Source of the DNA: Tubiluchus corallicola
Taxonomy: Eukaryota > Animalia > Priapulida
Direction: 5' to 3'
Assembly: GCA_030141605.1 (NCBI GenBank)
Contig: JAQGDQ010000267.1
Coordinates: 62,001 to 126,000 of the forward strand
DNA: 64,000 bases
The translations under genes were made by a program, and so were the position numbers. The notes beneath the pieces are model-generated. The model saw only the letters and a list, made by a program, of their open reading frames with translations. It was not told where the DNA came from and did no database searches. This document shows positions 27,501 through 39,936 of this stretch, piece by piece (the first letter of the stretch is position 1; the number at the start of each line of letters is the position of its first letter).

Positions 27501-29850
27501 TCAACTGTATATATATATCACTTGTTCTCCTTTGAATGCAACTAATCACTCACCCCTAATCCAATGTAGGCTACCATAACACCTCCAGCAATGGTTGCAA
27601 AACCTGCAGTCAAGATTGCGTGTAGTTCAGACTTGGTCAGCAGAATCAAGTATGGAGCTAACATTACAGGCGGATCTGTCTGTAACAGTAATCATGACAT
27701 TTACATTCAAGACTACTAAATTTAAAGTTCTTCTTGAAATATTCAATTACAAATGATATTTTTGTGTAAAGGTGCTTGGTCGAAATTTGTTGAGTAAAGT
27801 GCATTATTAACTACCTGTATTAATTATTAAGTATCATCTGTAAATTCCTATGAAGGCATTTGCTTTATGTTTTTGAGTTGCGCATCCGCCCACTAGTGCA
27901 TTTTTGATAAATGCGTTTCACCTCAAATGAAGAAGAGAGTTGTGTCAAAAATGTTAATCCAAAATTATAATGCAAGTTTGTTTTCTAACTGGCAATGAAC
28001 AATATTTGGAGCATTTTTCGGGCAGAGCTACTATGGCAATGCATCATTTACCATCTAGTCGTTCTGCACTTTAACTCTTCTGCTATTTTTGTCAAAACGA
28101 TTTGAAAAATTTATTTTCACGTTTATTAGGTAATTGAAATTATGAAGCAGAAACAGTGTCAGTGCAAAGTATACGTATAGGTGTATTTATAATATATTCA
28201 TAGATGCTAATACACATGTGAAGGTGGGATCCATTTCAAAGACAGTGTGATTCTGCAACTGTGATTCTTAAACACAGAAGTATAAAAAATTGGATTAAGC
28301 CTCACCATTCCCAGGAAGATGTTTGCAGCAGCACATAAAGATTCAAGAGCAGTAGTTTGCATGGTAAAGGACATCAGCCATGCTAATCGCTGGACAATGG
28401 CTTGGACTACCCCCAGATAGTACAGTACGGAAACCACGGAACTGAAGAAGGCTATTGCTGGAAGAACCTACAAAAACATTCAAAGATCCATTCCTTTACC
28501 GCAAATGTTGTAATCTTTTGCAATGCAGAATTTAATTTATAGACATTTGAATATTATGCACCTGATATAAAAAACTTGTAAAATCAAAATAGTAATTACC
28601 TTGAATGCAAAGAAATGGTCGAGATAATATGGATCGCCAAAAACAAACTTTGATCCTGCATCAGCAAATGAAAGAAAGTTAGTGAAGAATTCTCCTATCC
28701 ACTTGAATGCTAGGTATCCTGGTTTAGTTCTCATTATGAGAAGTGCAAAGATGATTTGTAATGCAAGACCCCAAACTACAGGCCTCCATCTTATCTGTAA
28801 ACATTCATAGCATTTTAATAGCATAACGTTAGCATTCATCGTACTGTGCTCCAGTTAGTAATAGGTAGTTAAACTAAATTTGTTTACAATCAGTAACTCG
28901 TGAATAACCTAACCAAAAAACATGCATATACTATTTCCACGTGAGTTACAATTATCATCATAAGTTTTCACTTAGATGTGAACAAACTTTGATTAGTTTT
29001 TTAAGTACGAGTTTCATAGCTAAGTTTTCCAAACTTTGCAAAGGTGGAATATTAAACTATTGCATATACCTGTCTTGGATGGCTAGAAAACACAAATCCA
29101 AGAAAGATTAAGCAAATAAGACCTGCTCCAGATATCAGATTCTGTGGAGTTTTGTGCAGCTTCAAAGGAATGAAGAGAATCAATGTAAAACTGACTAATA
29201 CAGTAATGCAAATAACCCTGAAATAATGGTATGAGAGGCTTACTCACGCGCAGAACTTGATGTGCTGACATACTACAAATATCTGTCGATCTCAACAGCT
29301 TTGCCCTATTAAATATGTATGTACACGAAAAAGTTAGTGGACATAGATGACATTGTACATTATATCAAGCATCTTTGCTTTTGCACTCTGATGAAATTAG
29401 TCAGTAATTTATTTACTTATCTTCCGTTACCCCCGTTTCTGCTTCTGTTACAACATGTTAGAGGATTCTAAAATCCAAGTAAATTACACTGTTTGATTAC
29501 CATTTTAGCCAGTGCCACTGCTGGCTGAGCGTTACCGTTGGTTGCTTGAACTTCTGTGCTATAAGCTCACCATACTTGGCCACAATTTTAAAATAAACAA
29601 TCAGCACCACTGCACATGCTGTGATCGAGACCAACTCAACGACACGATCAAACCCTCTTGTTTCATCAGTTATATTATAGTAAAGGACGTAAATGAAATA
29701 TATAGCATAAACGAGTGCAAGAGAAATCAACAAGCCAGTGTGCATCTCTTTTTTGTGCGCATTGTACATATTAGAAACATGGCGGATGAACCGCTGAATT
29801 ATGGAAGATGACGATGGTTCGGATTCCATGTGAGGCATAATGTCTGTCAT
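24597..29850 (-). CDS. SLC28A: Concentrative nucleoside transporter (SLC28/CNT family), paralogue A
   Basis: Ten phase-compatible GT-AG exons: 29850-29501, 29217-29070, 28794-28600, 28467-28306, 27679-27554, 27066-26939, 26500-26332, 25927-25769, 25334-25154, 24664-24597 (TAA). Motifs [64 protein letters not shown], TYALCxFSNFGS, LMTACIAG. Start codon at 29850 is the least certain element. Confidence 0.95.
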
Positions 29851-31356
29851 AGTCCTCACGGCGAACCTGGAAGATTAAAAACATGTTCAAAGTAATGAGT
29901 GAGAGATTCAGTCTAATAGTTAACAAAAGCAGCAACGAAACAACACGAAAAAAAATGTTGCATATTTTTCAAACTTAATCTGACAGCTTTCACACATGCT
30001 ATGTCTATCATCAGTCAAACAAAAATGAAAAGAATGGATCTTAAAACTTTAAATAGAATACAAAAAAGCAATAACATAATGCAAAACAAAGAATTAAAGC
30101 AAAGACAATTGCATTATTGTTCTTGTTTTTTGCATTCTGTTTACAGTTCTGAGATCCATTATTTTCATTTTTATTTGACTAAAGATGGACAATTGCTGTT
30201 TGTTCTGTCAATGCTGTTTTTATTAATCAGTAAGATTCTCGACAAATCAGAATTCAATCACTAATACGCATAAGCCCTGCCGAATCCAAAATTCTTTAAA
30301 CATTTCAGGCCTAAAAACACCATTTCTTTGTAAACAATCTTTATTCATAATTATAGTTTATAAGTAACATGTCTGTTCCCAAAAAAGTAATGAGTATTTA
30401 ATGAAATGGTTTAAATGGCAAGTATTTATCACAGGTATATTAGCCAATAGATCAATAGTTAGAAATGTCATTTTTGTCAATGTTTGTGGAATAAATAACG
30501 GAGTATAGGCAAAACAAATAATTATCCCTCTTTTCACCAGCATTAGCTAAACTGTAAAAAACAATAACACGTAAAATATAATTGTATTACCAAATAGCTT
30601 TGTCCTCCGACTTTCTTAAAGTGACAGCTACATCGATATTCAAAAACAAGAAAAAAACCTGTCACGAACGCCAAGCTTTAATACACCGAGAAAAATATAT
30701 AAACACACACCTTTTCACACTTTTCAAACACGAAAACTGTTTTAAGTTGCTAGAGCAGAGAAGCTTATTTCGAGGGATGATCTTATATTGTGTATAATAA
30801 TGTTGTATCTAAAGTTATGTACTTTGCTCCCTGTGACCCAAATACTATAATCTCACCAAAGAGCCATTATGTGGAAATTAGTTTGAAAAAACTTGGACAG
30901 GTACCCAATTGGAATGCCTCCCGTTCGCTGGTGCTTATAGCTAAAGCACATTTGCAGTTAAAGCACATCTGTCGACATTTAATGAAGTACTAATTAAATA
31001 GTGTTAGAGGTATAGTGTGCCTTTAAAGTAGCTTATTAGGAAAAGTTTTTTTTAAAAAATTATTAAAAGTTATATATTATTATGTTATCATAGCTACATT
31101 ACTATTTAAGACAATCTGGTGTAGGCCTACATACAGATGTCTTAAATCACGTTCGATTATGTATATTTTAAACTGATATATATATATATATATTTATGAC
31201 AAGTTTTCAGATTAAAAAGACATTAAAACATCAATAACCGCATAACCAGGGATATTTCTTCAATACTCAAGCTGAGGTCAAATTATCTACATTGAACCCT
31301 AGCGAGTTTTTATTCGAATCTACAGTAATTATTTTTGTCTGTTTCATTACGGAGCT

Positions 31357-34300
31357 TTATATAACAGATTCGTTCAGCGTGTAGTTGCCATGATCGAGCA
31401 GATCTTCTTCTGTTAAGAGAAATCCTAGAAAATAATCAATAGAAATTAAAATTTGGAAAAATATAAATCGACTTACTGTACAAATAATGACATAAGGTAT
31501 GCATCTATAATGATTTTCAAACATCTGCGAAAATTCTAGCGCACAAGAAACAAAATAAGTTTTGTGAGGTAATGGACATTCTTAGACACAATAATCTTTC
31601 AGTTGGGCACAAGCTTTTAGTGGGAAGTATAGTATTATTAGCTTTGCTGAGTATTGCTAAAACGAAGTTACGGTAGATTGAGTATTTAGGTTATTGTCAT
31701 GTGTTCAAGTCGGTAACGTTCACATTATGTGCATGATATGAGCTGAGTTTTATTGGGCTATATTACGCAAGGCATGGTGCCCATCTACAATGTGCTTACC
31801 AGCAATACAAGCTGTCATTAGACTGGCTAATGTCCCAGCTATCATGGCACGCACAGATACACTGACAATGTCAGATTTCCTAGACGGTGCTAAGGCACCC
31901 AGCACTCCTATGCAGATACCAATGGAACCAAAATTTGAAAAATCGCACAGGGCATAGGTAGCCAGTATTTCCGATCTCGGCTGAAAAATGGTAAAAAATA
32001 AAACAAGTATAAATAACAGATAAACGGGAGCAATCAAACTTGTAAAAAGGTTCACTAAGATAAAGCAATATTAGTAATGCGTAGTATTTAGATGGGTGTC
32101 TGGCCTGATAATAACATATTTAACGTTTTTTACATAGGACTGCAATTGCTGCAATTATTATTCCGATAATACCAAGCTGCCGCTAAAGATTGAAATATTT
32201 CATCCTCGGTGTTGGTTACCTTCTAGTACATCTGCTTTTATTTCATTTTGGAAGTTGATTTATTTTATTATAGTTACCAACTTGCATAGGTATTAGCTGC
32301 CAACAGAAAATGCTTATTAAAAATAATTTAACTACATCATGGATCATATGACTAATATTTTCCATTATACATATGTAAACGGTTGTAGTTATCAGATCTC
32401 ATCTTCAGCAGACTTACAGTCAGTAATCCATTCGTAATGTACTCGCCCAGCTTTTCATATGCTATGAACTCGTTCAGAAAGATTTTCAGTCCTATAAGCT
32501 CCGCTATCTTCCCGCAATCCTCCCAAGTCACGCCCATCATGAACGCGACGGGTATGAATACGTAAGAACAAATTTCCTGCAAAAAACATCAATAATACTC
32601 TTATCACTCAACGTCGATTCTGTCTCAAAGAGATCATGTTTGGTACAAACGCATCTTGTCGTTTATACTAAAAAATTCTCTATTGGCATGCAAAAGTTTA
32701 GTCTCGTGAAAACATGGGTGAAGTATGGAACAAAACTGGTAAGGACAATTTGGTGAACCATGCTTTAAAAAAGCTAAGACTAGCATTAAATACTGGTCCG
32801 AATATACAAACTCCGTATATACATACTGGACAAATTTCCAGTTTAACATTATGTTAAACTCACTGTGATGTGCCCGCACATGTGTGCTGGGAGGAGGGGG
32901 GGGGGGAGTAGAAGGGCCTTACAACGAACCTTTTAATATTAGGCACTAAGCGTATACATGACTACCTGGCATATGACCCCGTAACTGCAGCTGTAAACTC
33001 AATGAATGCTGCTAGACTATAATAATGTTAATAATAATATTAATGAAAATGATAATATTAATAATAATGATAACGATAACGATGACGATATCGATAACGA
33101 CAACAACAACAACAATAATAAATGCTTTATTTCACAAACATAGACACAAGTATAGTTAACAGATCTTAACTTCATTAAACAACGCATACATGAATACGTC
33201 CTTACAAATAATTGAATTATAGAAAATCCAAAAAAAATGAAAAATAAAAAATGTATAATAATTTATAACAAAAACAACTACATGTATATCACAGTGCTGG
33301 CTGAATACATTAATTCGCACCTTTTAATTTGCAATCACACAGGCCTGTGGCTGAAATTTTATGCACATAGTTAATCGACATTTTTTCACAGAATATAAAA
33401 CTACATTTTTTCACACCTTGCAGTATCGCCATAAAATTGGTTTATCCGAGAATGAAATAATCTCTAAATGGGTTTCAAGTGATATGGAAACTACTTTAAG
33501 TTGCATACTGGTTTGCGGCAATATCCAGCTTATTACAACTGTTAATTGTGTTAGAATAATCCTGTTGTCAAGTAAAGATGGAAGACCTTGATAAGCGCTT
33601 TAAATGTTTAAGATTAAGATAAAACGTATTTAAGATTAAAATTCTTGCTTCAAGTCCCTCAAAAGTAAACGTGCTTTAATCGAATCTGTTTCAGCAGTTT
33701 TATTTACTTTTGAACGTAAGCAACATTTAATACAGGTTTAATTCGTGTGAAATCAAAGAGACTGTAAAATAATGTGTGATTCCTACGACAGTTTCCAAAT
33801 GAATGCATCATATCGTTGTCAAATTGTATAATCTTTATACATGTTTAGTCTTTTAATTGATTGTTACGCTGTTATATCTATTATAACTATTTAAAACTAT
33901 TATACCTAATTTTATAATATTGATACTTATTGATTACCCTCCTTATATTGTTACACAGACCTCAAAAGAGAGTTCGCTATATCCCACCATGCCGCCAAAC
34001 CATCCTAGTAACCCGTTGACCATTTCCAACATGGCGAGAAATGCAATCAGATTAACAACGATGTTAGCAACAAGGCTGATTGCAGTAGAGGCTCCATTGG
34101 AAGCCGCTTCAACGATATTACGTTCTTTGCTGAAAAAAACGATAATCAATCATTGCATCGGTTGGTTGGCTAGATATTTCACCTTGCTTGTCTGTCAATC
34201 AATGAATTTGGCAGTAAAGGAAACTATCATCTAATCAGCTACCCTGTCAAAAAGTTGTAGTTTCCTAACAGTTTTTTCTTTATTCTACACATTTATTTTT

Positions 34301-37300
34301 AGTAGATAATAATAAGTAAACCATCTTTTTGTATTATCATAAAATATAATAACTAGCATGTTAATAGGAAAAATCATGTGTAGATCTAGGCTATGTTAGG
34401 TCAGGCACTATGGCATACTTTTTACCCTTTTGGGATTTGTAGGTCTTTTGACGTTTTTGTTTTGGAGATCTCAACCTCTGGGTACATGAGTTTGGCCAGT
34501 GCTAGGGCTGCAGGTGCTGACATCACAGAAGCACTGATGAGATGAGAGGCTTGAGCCTGTAAAATACAACTTCGATAAAATTACGAAGCGCTGCCCACAT
34601 ATGTTAACCATATCAAGACCAAACTGGTAACAAATTACAAAATTTATGAATAAAAAGAGGGATTTAACTCACTCCAAATCCAACGTAGGCGACCATAACT
34701 GACCCGTCTATGGTTGCAAACCCTGCGGTCAAGACAGCATGTAGTTCGGACTTGGTCAGTAAGTTGAGATATGGAGCTATCATCAAAGGCGAGTCTGTCT
34801 GCAAGTTAAAATAGTGTTTGCTTATTAATTTTTGAATAATTAATTGGATCCGAAGAATGTAAATACACGTGTATACGGGCTTAAATGAACATATATATGT
34901 ACAGTCTAAAAGATGATGCACAACATCAATAGTAACTGCTGTTCGTTCTCACATAAATGATTTCCCTGTTACTATTGTTATTGCTAAACCTCACCATTCC
35001 CATAAAAATGTTGGTAGCGGCATCGAAGGATTCTGCAGCAGTAGTCTGCATAGTGAAGGACATCAATCGTGCTAGCCGCTGGACAATGGCTTGAACCACT
35101 CCCAGGTAGTACAGTATGTAAACCACGGAACTGAAGAAAATTATTACTGGAAGAACCTGAAAAAGGATTTGAATAATACTCTATGCAACTCTATAGTCTG
35201 ACAGTGCCTACCGTTTTATACTCTTAAGCCAATGATACACGGCCGCCCTATACATGGCCGTGCGGCATTCACCGGCCGGCGGATGTCGAAAGATCTGATA
35301 CACGGCCGTCTGTGTAGAAAGTCGTGCCTGGGAGCACATTTCAACAACAATGTCGTGCCTGGAAGCACATTTCAACAACAATGTCGTGCCTGGGAGCACA
35401 TTTCAACAACAAAGTCGTGCCTGGGAGCACATTTCAACAACAATGTCGTGCCTGGGAGCACATTTCAACAACAATGTCGTGCCTGGAAGCACATTTCAAC
35501 AACAAAGTCGTGCCTGGGAGCACATTTCAACACCAATGTCGTGCCTGGAAGCACATTTCAACAACCATGTCGTGCCTGGGAGCACATTTCAACAACAATG
35601 TCCTGCCTGGGAGCACATTTCAACAACAATGTCGTGCCTGGGAGCACATTTTAACAACATGTATTAGTAGTAAGTCTTGAGATTACAAACTCAATAGTAA
35701 TGCGACCATTACGACCAACATCAACGTAAATGAATTGGTAGTCTGAATCAACCAGAGCCAGCAATATAATACTGAAGTACTGTTATTAGTTCAAAAATTC
35801 TGAACTACTGTTTGCAGGTTACTGAATTCTTACGTGTTTTCCATCCAATGCTCCTAAACAATGTGCAAAATTCCACCTACATCAGCGTCGGGGAGCGGGT
35901 GCCACCATGGTTGGCGCCCAGAAAATTTTTGCATTGCGATCTTTGTATGCTGGATCACCATAATCCCACAAACATGTTGCTTGCTCAATTAGTTCTGTGA
36001 ACTTGAAAGTTAACTCTTGCTCTGACATATTCATCACTCCCCTGCTCTGAAACTGATTGTTCTTCTAGTGGCCTAGTACAACGTTTTTTAATTATGCATA
36101 TCGTGTCCCAATATAAGTTGCGGGAAAAGTAAAAACAATGCTAGAATACTGATCTCTGGTTGGATGAAACGCTTTGACTGGCCGGCGCACGCCGTACAAA
36201 ATAGAACTCATTTCTATTTTAGGGCGGCCGTTGTCTTCACGGCGACTTCGATAAATTCCGTGTATCATCTTTCATTTGAAATTAATGTAATCTAATTTCG
36301 GCGGCCATTTTAACACGGCCGCGTTTGGGCTGGCTTGTGTATTTTGGCTGCCGTGTAACATCAGCTTTACATACTGTTTTAATATTTTATCTACTACTTT
36401 CAGGCTTGTTAGGGCGAAAGCTACTGAATAAATATTATAATCTTTGGGACTAAAAAGGATTTTTCTCTGCTAATGATGACAAGTCTCAGGTGAGTTCCTT
36501 CGCATTTAAAACACTGTGAGCTATTAAGTGAAATACGGGCTGCTTGATAATGTCTATCATCAAGCATAGAAGTCAATCCGGGCTAATTAAGACGAACGGA
36601 AATTCCATTACTAAAACCAATTTTTAAGATGTAAATGCGGCCGTCTTCGATTTTTGTTTTTAATCTCTGTTTATTGTGATGTTGTATAGATGCGCAAGGT
36701 TATCTGTAAGGCAGTGTCGTGTTATTATCCTAACTTTGCAACTTTCGTAACTTGTGTATGTAACTCGCTTGTATGCGTATCGATACGGATAAGAATTCGC
36801 ATATAAATTTGTTTAGTATGAATAGATTTAATAAAGATTTAGCTGATTCCTTAGGGCAATTTGATAAAATATAGTTTGATTTTGTACGCGAATAGTTTTA
36901 AGCATTTTTATCTGTCCAGTCGATTTCTTACTTTAGAGAAACAAAAATATTATTTACATGGAATTTACCTTACGAAATTTTAAAAGTCTACACAGTTGAT
37001 TATAGTTCAAAAACGGTTTGTTGCTTGTACATTTTTTTATTGCACTGTATCATAAAACATTCAAACTTCATTGTAGGAAATGGTCTGCTGTTTACATGAT
37101 ATTATAATGAATTGAATAAGCCTAATTCCAATGAGTTCAAACTGTAACCGCAACCGGCTATGGGTTTCGATTTGCATTGCTCGAAGTTTAGCTTATTCAA
37201 TTCGTTATAAAATCAAGTAAACAAGAGATATTTTTTAAAATGAAGTTTGAAGGTTTAATGCAGTTTTCAGCTGAGATTTATAAAGTTGTAGCTACTTAAC

Positions 37301-39936
37301 CTTGAATGCAAAGAAATGGTCGAGATAATATGGATCACCAAAAACAAACTTTGATCCTGCATCAGTAAATGCAAGAAAGTTAGTGAAGAATTCTCCTATC
37401 CACTTGAACGCCAAATATCCTGGTTTCGTTCTCATAATGAGAAGGGCAAAGATGACTTGCAGTGCAAAACCCCAAATTACTGGCCGCCATTTTACCTACA
37501 AATAATTTTAATGGTATTAATTCGTCTAACATTTTTTTTGTTTTAATTTATAATCACTACGTAATTTATAATCTCTAGTGTTCTTAGAGAGTTTTTGCAA
37601 GCAGCAGAATTTAATAAAATCACAACTACCTGCGTTTACATTCTTAGTTAAGTATATTGCTTCTTCAAGAGAATGTGAATAAGTTAACTACTCACTTAAC
37701 AATGAACTACTAAGCTTACGTGAGGTTTTCAACAAATCTGAAGTAAGTATAGGCTCAAACTGTCACGTAAAATCCAAGTAATGTTTTGATAATAAACAGA
37801 AAAATAACAGTCAGCACCCACTTAAGCAAAGACATGCCTTTTATTCAGACTGTAGATCTGCAATGTTTCGACACAATTAAGGTAATGATCACGCAACAAT
37901 CCACTTAAATAAAAAGCCTGTATAGTCGAAACGTTCCAGATATTGGGTCTAAATAAAAGCCATGTCTTTGTTTAAGTGGGTGCTGGCTTTTATATTTATT
38001 TTAAGAATTTGTTTTTCCGATCACCACTCAGTTTCTTAGATAATAAACATGTTTCTCATCGCTTGAATGTCAATCCCTGTAAGGCTATATAAGCCGTTAT
38101 TCTGAAGCTTGTCTGGTTATCTGTGCAACTCAGTAGGTAAAACACATTGTAAGGCATACCTGTTTCGGACGAGTGGAGGACACAAATGCAAGAAGCAATA
38201 AGCAGATAAGACCGGCCCCTGATATCAGATTCTGTGGAGTTTCATGCAACTTTAAAGGTACAAAGAGAACAACTATGAAACTGATCAGTACAACTATGCA
38301 AAGAACCCTGAAAAAGACATGATTCACGAACAAAGAAAAACCTGATATAGAAAGTACGTGAAAGAGTTAGCCTCTAGGAATTAACATGGTGTTTATCACG
38401 CGCTGGCGATCGTTTCGACAGCTACTGTCATTATTATTGGTGCTAGAAATCAAACCAAAATAAATAATCAATACATTTGTGAAACTATACAAACCAAGCC
38501 ACAAATATCATTACAAGATCAAAGGAGTGAAATTTAAATTGTCAGAATACAAGTAGAAATAATTTAGAATCTTTAAAGAACCTCTTTTTAAGTTTATTTC
38601 CACTTGTATTCTGACAATTTAATTTTCACTCTTTCGATTTTGTAATGATATTTTGTGTCTGAGTTTGTTACACCGTATGTATTGATCATTTCTTTTGGTT
38701 TCATTTTTAGCACTGATAATGACAGCTGTTATCGAAGGATCTGCGCTTAATAAACACCATATTGATACAGAAACATTAATTGAGAGAATATTAACATCAA
38801 TTAACAATAGTTATTACCTAATTAACATCAAATGGTTAATTAAATTTGCTTAAGGTTATCAAGTGTATTTAGTGATGTTTGGACTTTCTCATTTTTCATG
38901 TCATGCACAACAAGATGTAGTTTATCATCAGATGTAGGTGATTTTGGTCACATAAAACCAGTATCGACTGAATGTCATGTTGTGGATAAAAATATGCTAT
39001 TGTTAATTTTGTTACTGCGAAACTAGTTAATAATTACGTTCTTTCAAAGAAGAGCATTACCTAATTTTAGACCATAATTATCAAAAGAATCTGGATGGGC
39101 AATATATTTGTCTTTTACAAGCTTTTTGCTTAACCTGAAAATTGCACCCAATAGTAACATCATCATGATATCAGACTGACTCAAAATGAATTATTGTGTA
39201 CCAAATCGTCGTTTTTTATTTGTCTAAATGTATTCAAAAAATAAATATTTGTAAACAAACAGTGACCATAAATTGATTTATCATGAAAATATCATGAAAA
39301 TATCATTTGCCTTACCATTTTAGCCAGTGCCACTGTTCACTAACCAGTACCGTTGGTTGCTTGAACTTCTGTGCTATAAGCTCACCATACTTGGCCACAA
39401 TTTTAAAATAAACAATCAGCACCACTGCACATGCTGTGATCGAGACCAACTCAACCACATGATCAAAACCTCTTGTTTCATCATTTAGATTATAGTAAAG
39501 GACGTAAACGAAATATACGGCATAAGCGAGTATGAGAAAAATCCAAAAGGCGACAAGAATTTGTTTTTTGTGCACGACGTATGAGTCAGAAACATGGTTC
39601 AAGATTCGCACAATTATGGAGGATGACCGTTGAGTTTCTGTTGTCGGTTCACTGGCACAGTCATCGCAGTAAATCTAAAACATGAACGTTCAATATAAAT
39701 ACTTCAGAAACTATGTATATCTATGTCAGTGTTATAGAAAATTAATGGAGAAAACTTTCAAGCTTTTATGATTTTTACGTGTTTAATGAGTAATAGATAG
39801 AAGGATGTCAACCCAACAGCAAATAACGTAATAATTTAAGGAAAGATAAAAAACTAAAACTTGAATAGCTACATACTCCACGGTCAGTTTCATTTCCATC
39901 CTTGTGCAACGTTTCTTTAACACCTCCTGCCATCAT
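31357..39936 (-). CDS. SLC28A: Concentrative nucleoside transporter (SLC28/CNT family), paralogue B
   Basis: Exons 39936-39877 (tentative first), 39674-39316, 38307-38160, 37495-37301, 35156-34995, 34798-34673, 34556-34426, 34129-33961, 32576-32418, 31980-31800, 31424-31357 (TAA). Exon lengths 148/195/162/126/169/159/181/68 equal those of paralogue A; same family motifs; frame open throughout. Confidence 0.95.
35227..36366 (-). mobile_element. Decayed PIF/Harbinger DNA transposon in an intron of SLC28 paralogue B
   Basis: TIRs AGCCAATGATACACGGCCGCC / rc AGCTGATGTTACACGGCAGCC; TTA on both flanks (35224-35226, 36367-36369); minus strand 35879-35700 reads [57 protein letters not shown], the DDE_Tnp_4/HARBI1-type core with stops. 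Confidence 0.92.
35321..35659. repeat. 31-bp minisatellite (~11 units, GTCGTGCCTGGGAGCACATTTCAACAACAAT) inside the Harbinger element
   Basis: Directly visible; explains three overlapping repetitive ORFs. Confidence 0.96.
37812..37985. mobile_element. Inverted-repeat remnant resembling Penelope-like element termini
   Basis: ~60-bp arms CAGCACCCACTTAAGCAAAGACATGCCTTTTATT...TGTTTCGAC and GTCGAAACGTT...AATAAAAGCCATGTCTTTGTTTAAGTGGGTGCTG; each arm has a CGAAAC half-hammerhead motif followed by AATAAA. The inverted repeat is certain, the family call is inference. Confidence 0.55.

Noticed and set aside
39061-39134. Extra exon in SLC28 paralogue B with good-looking splice sites
   Set aside because: 74 nt would break the frame; flanking exons already join in phase and paralogue A has no counterpart. 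Poison-exon use cannot be excluded without RNA data.
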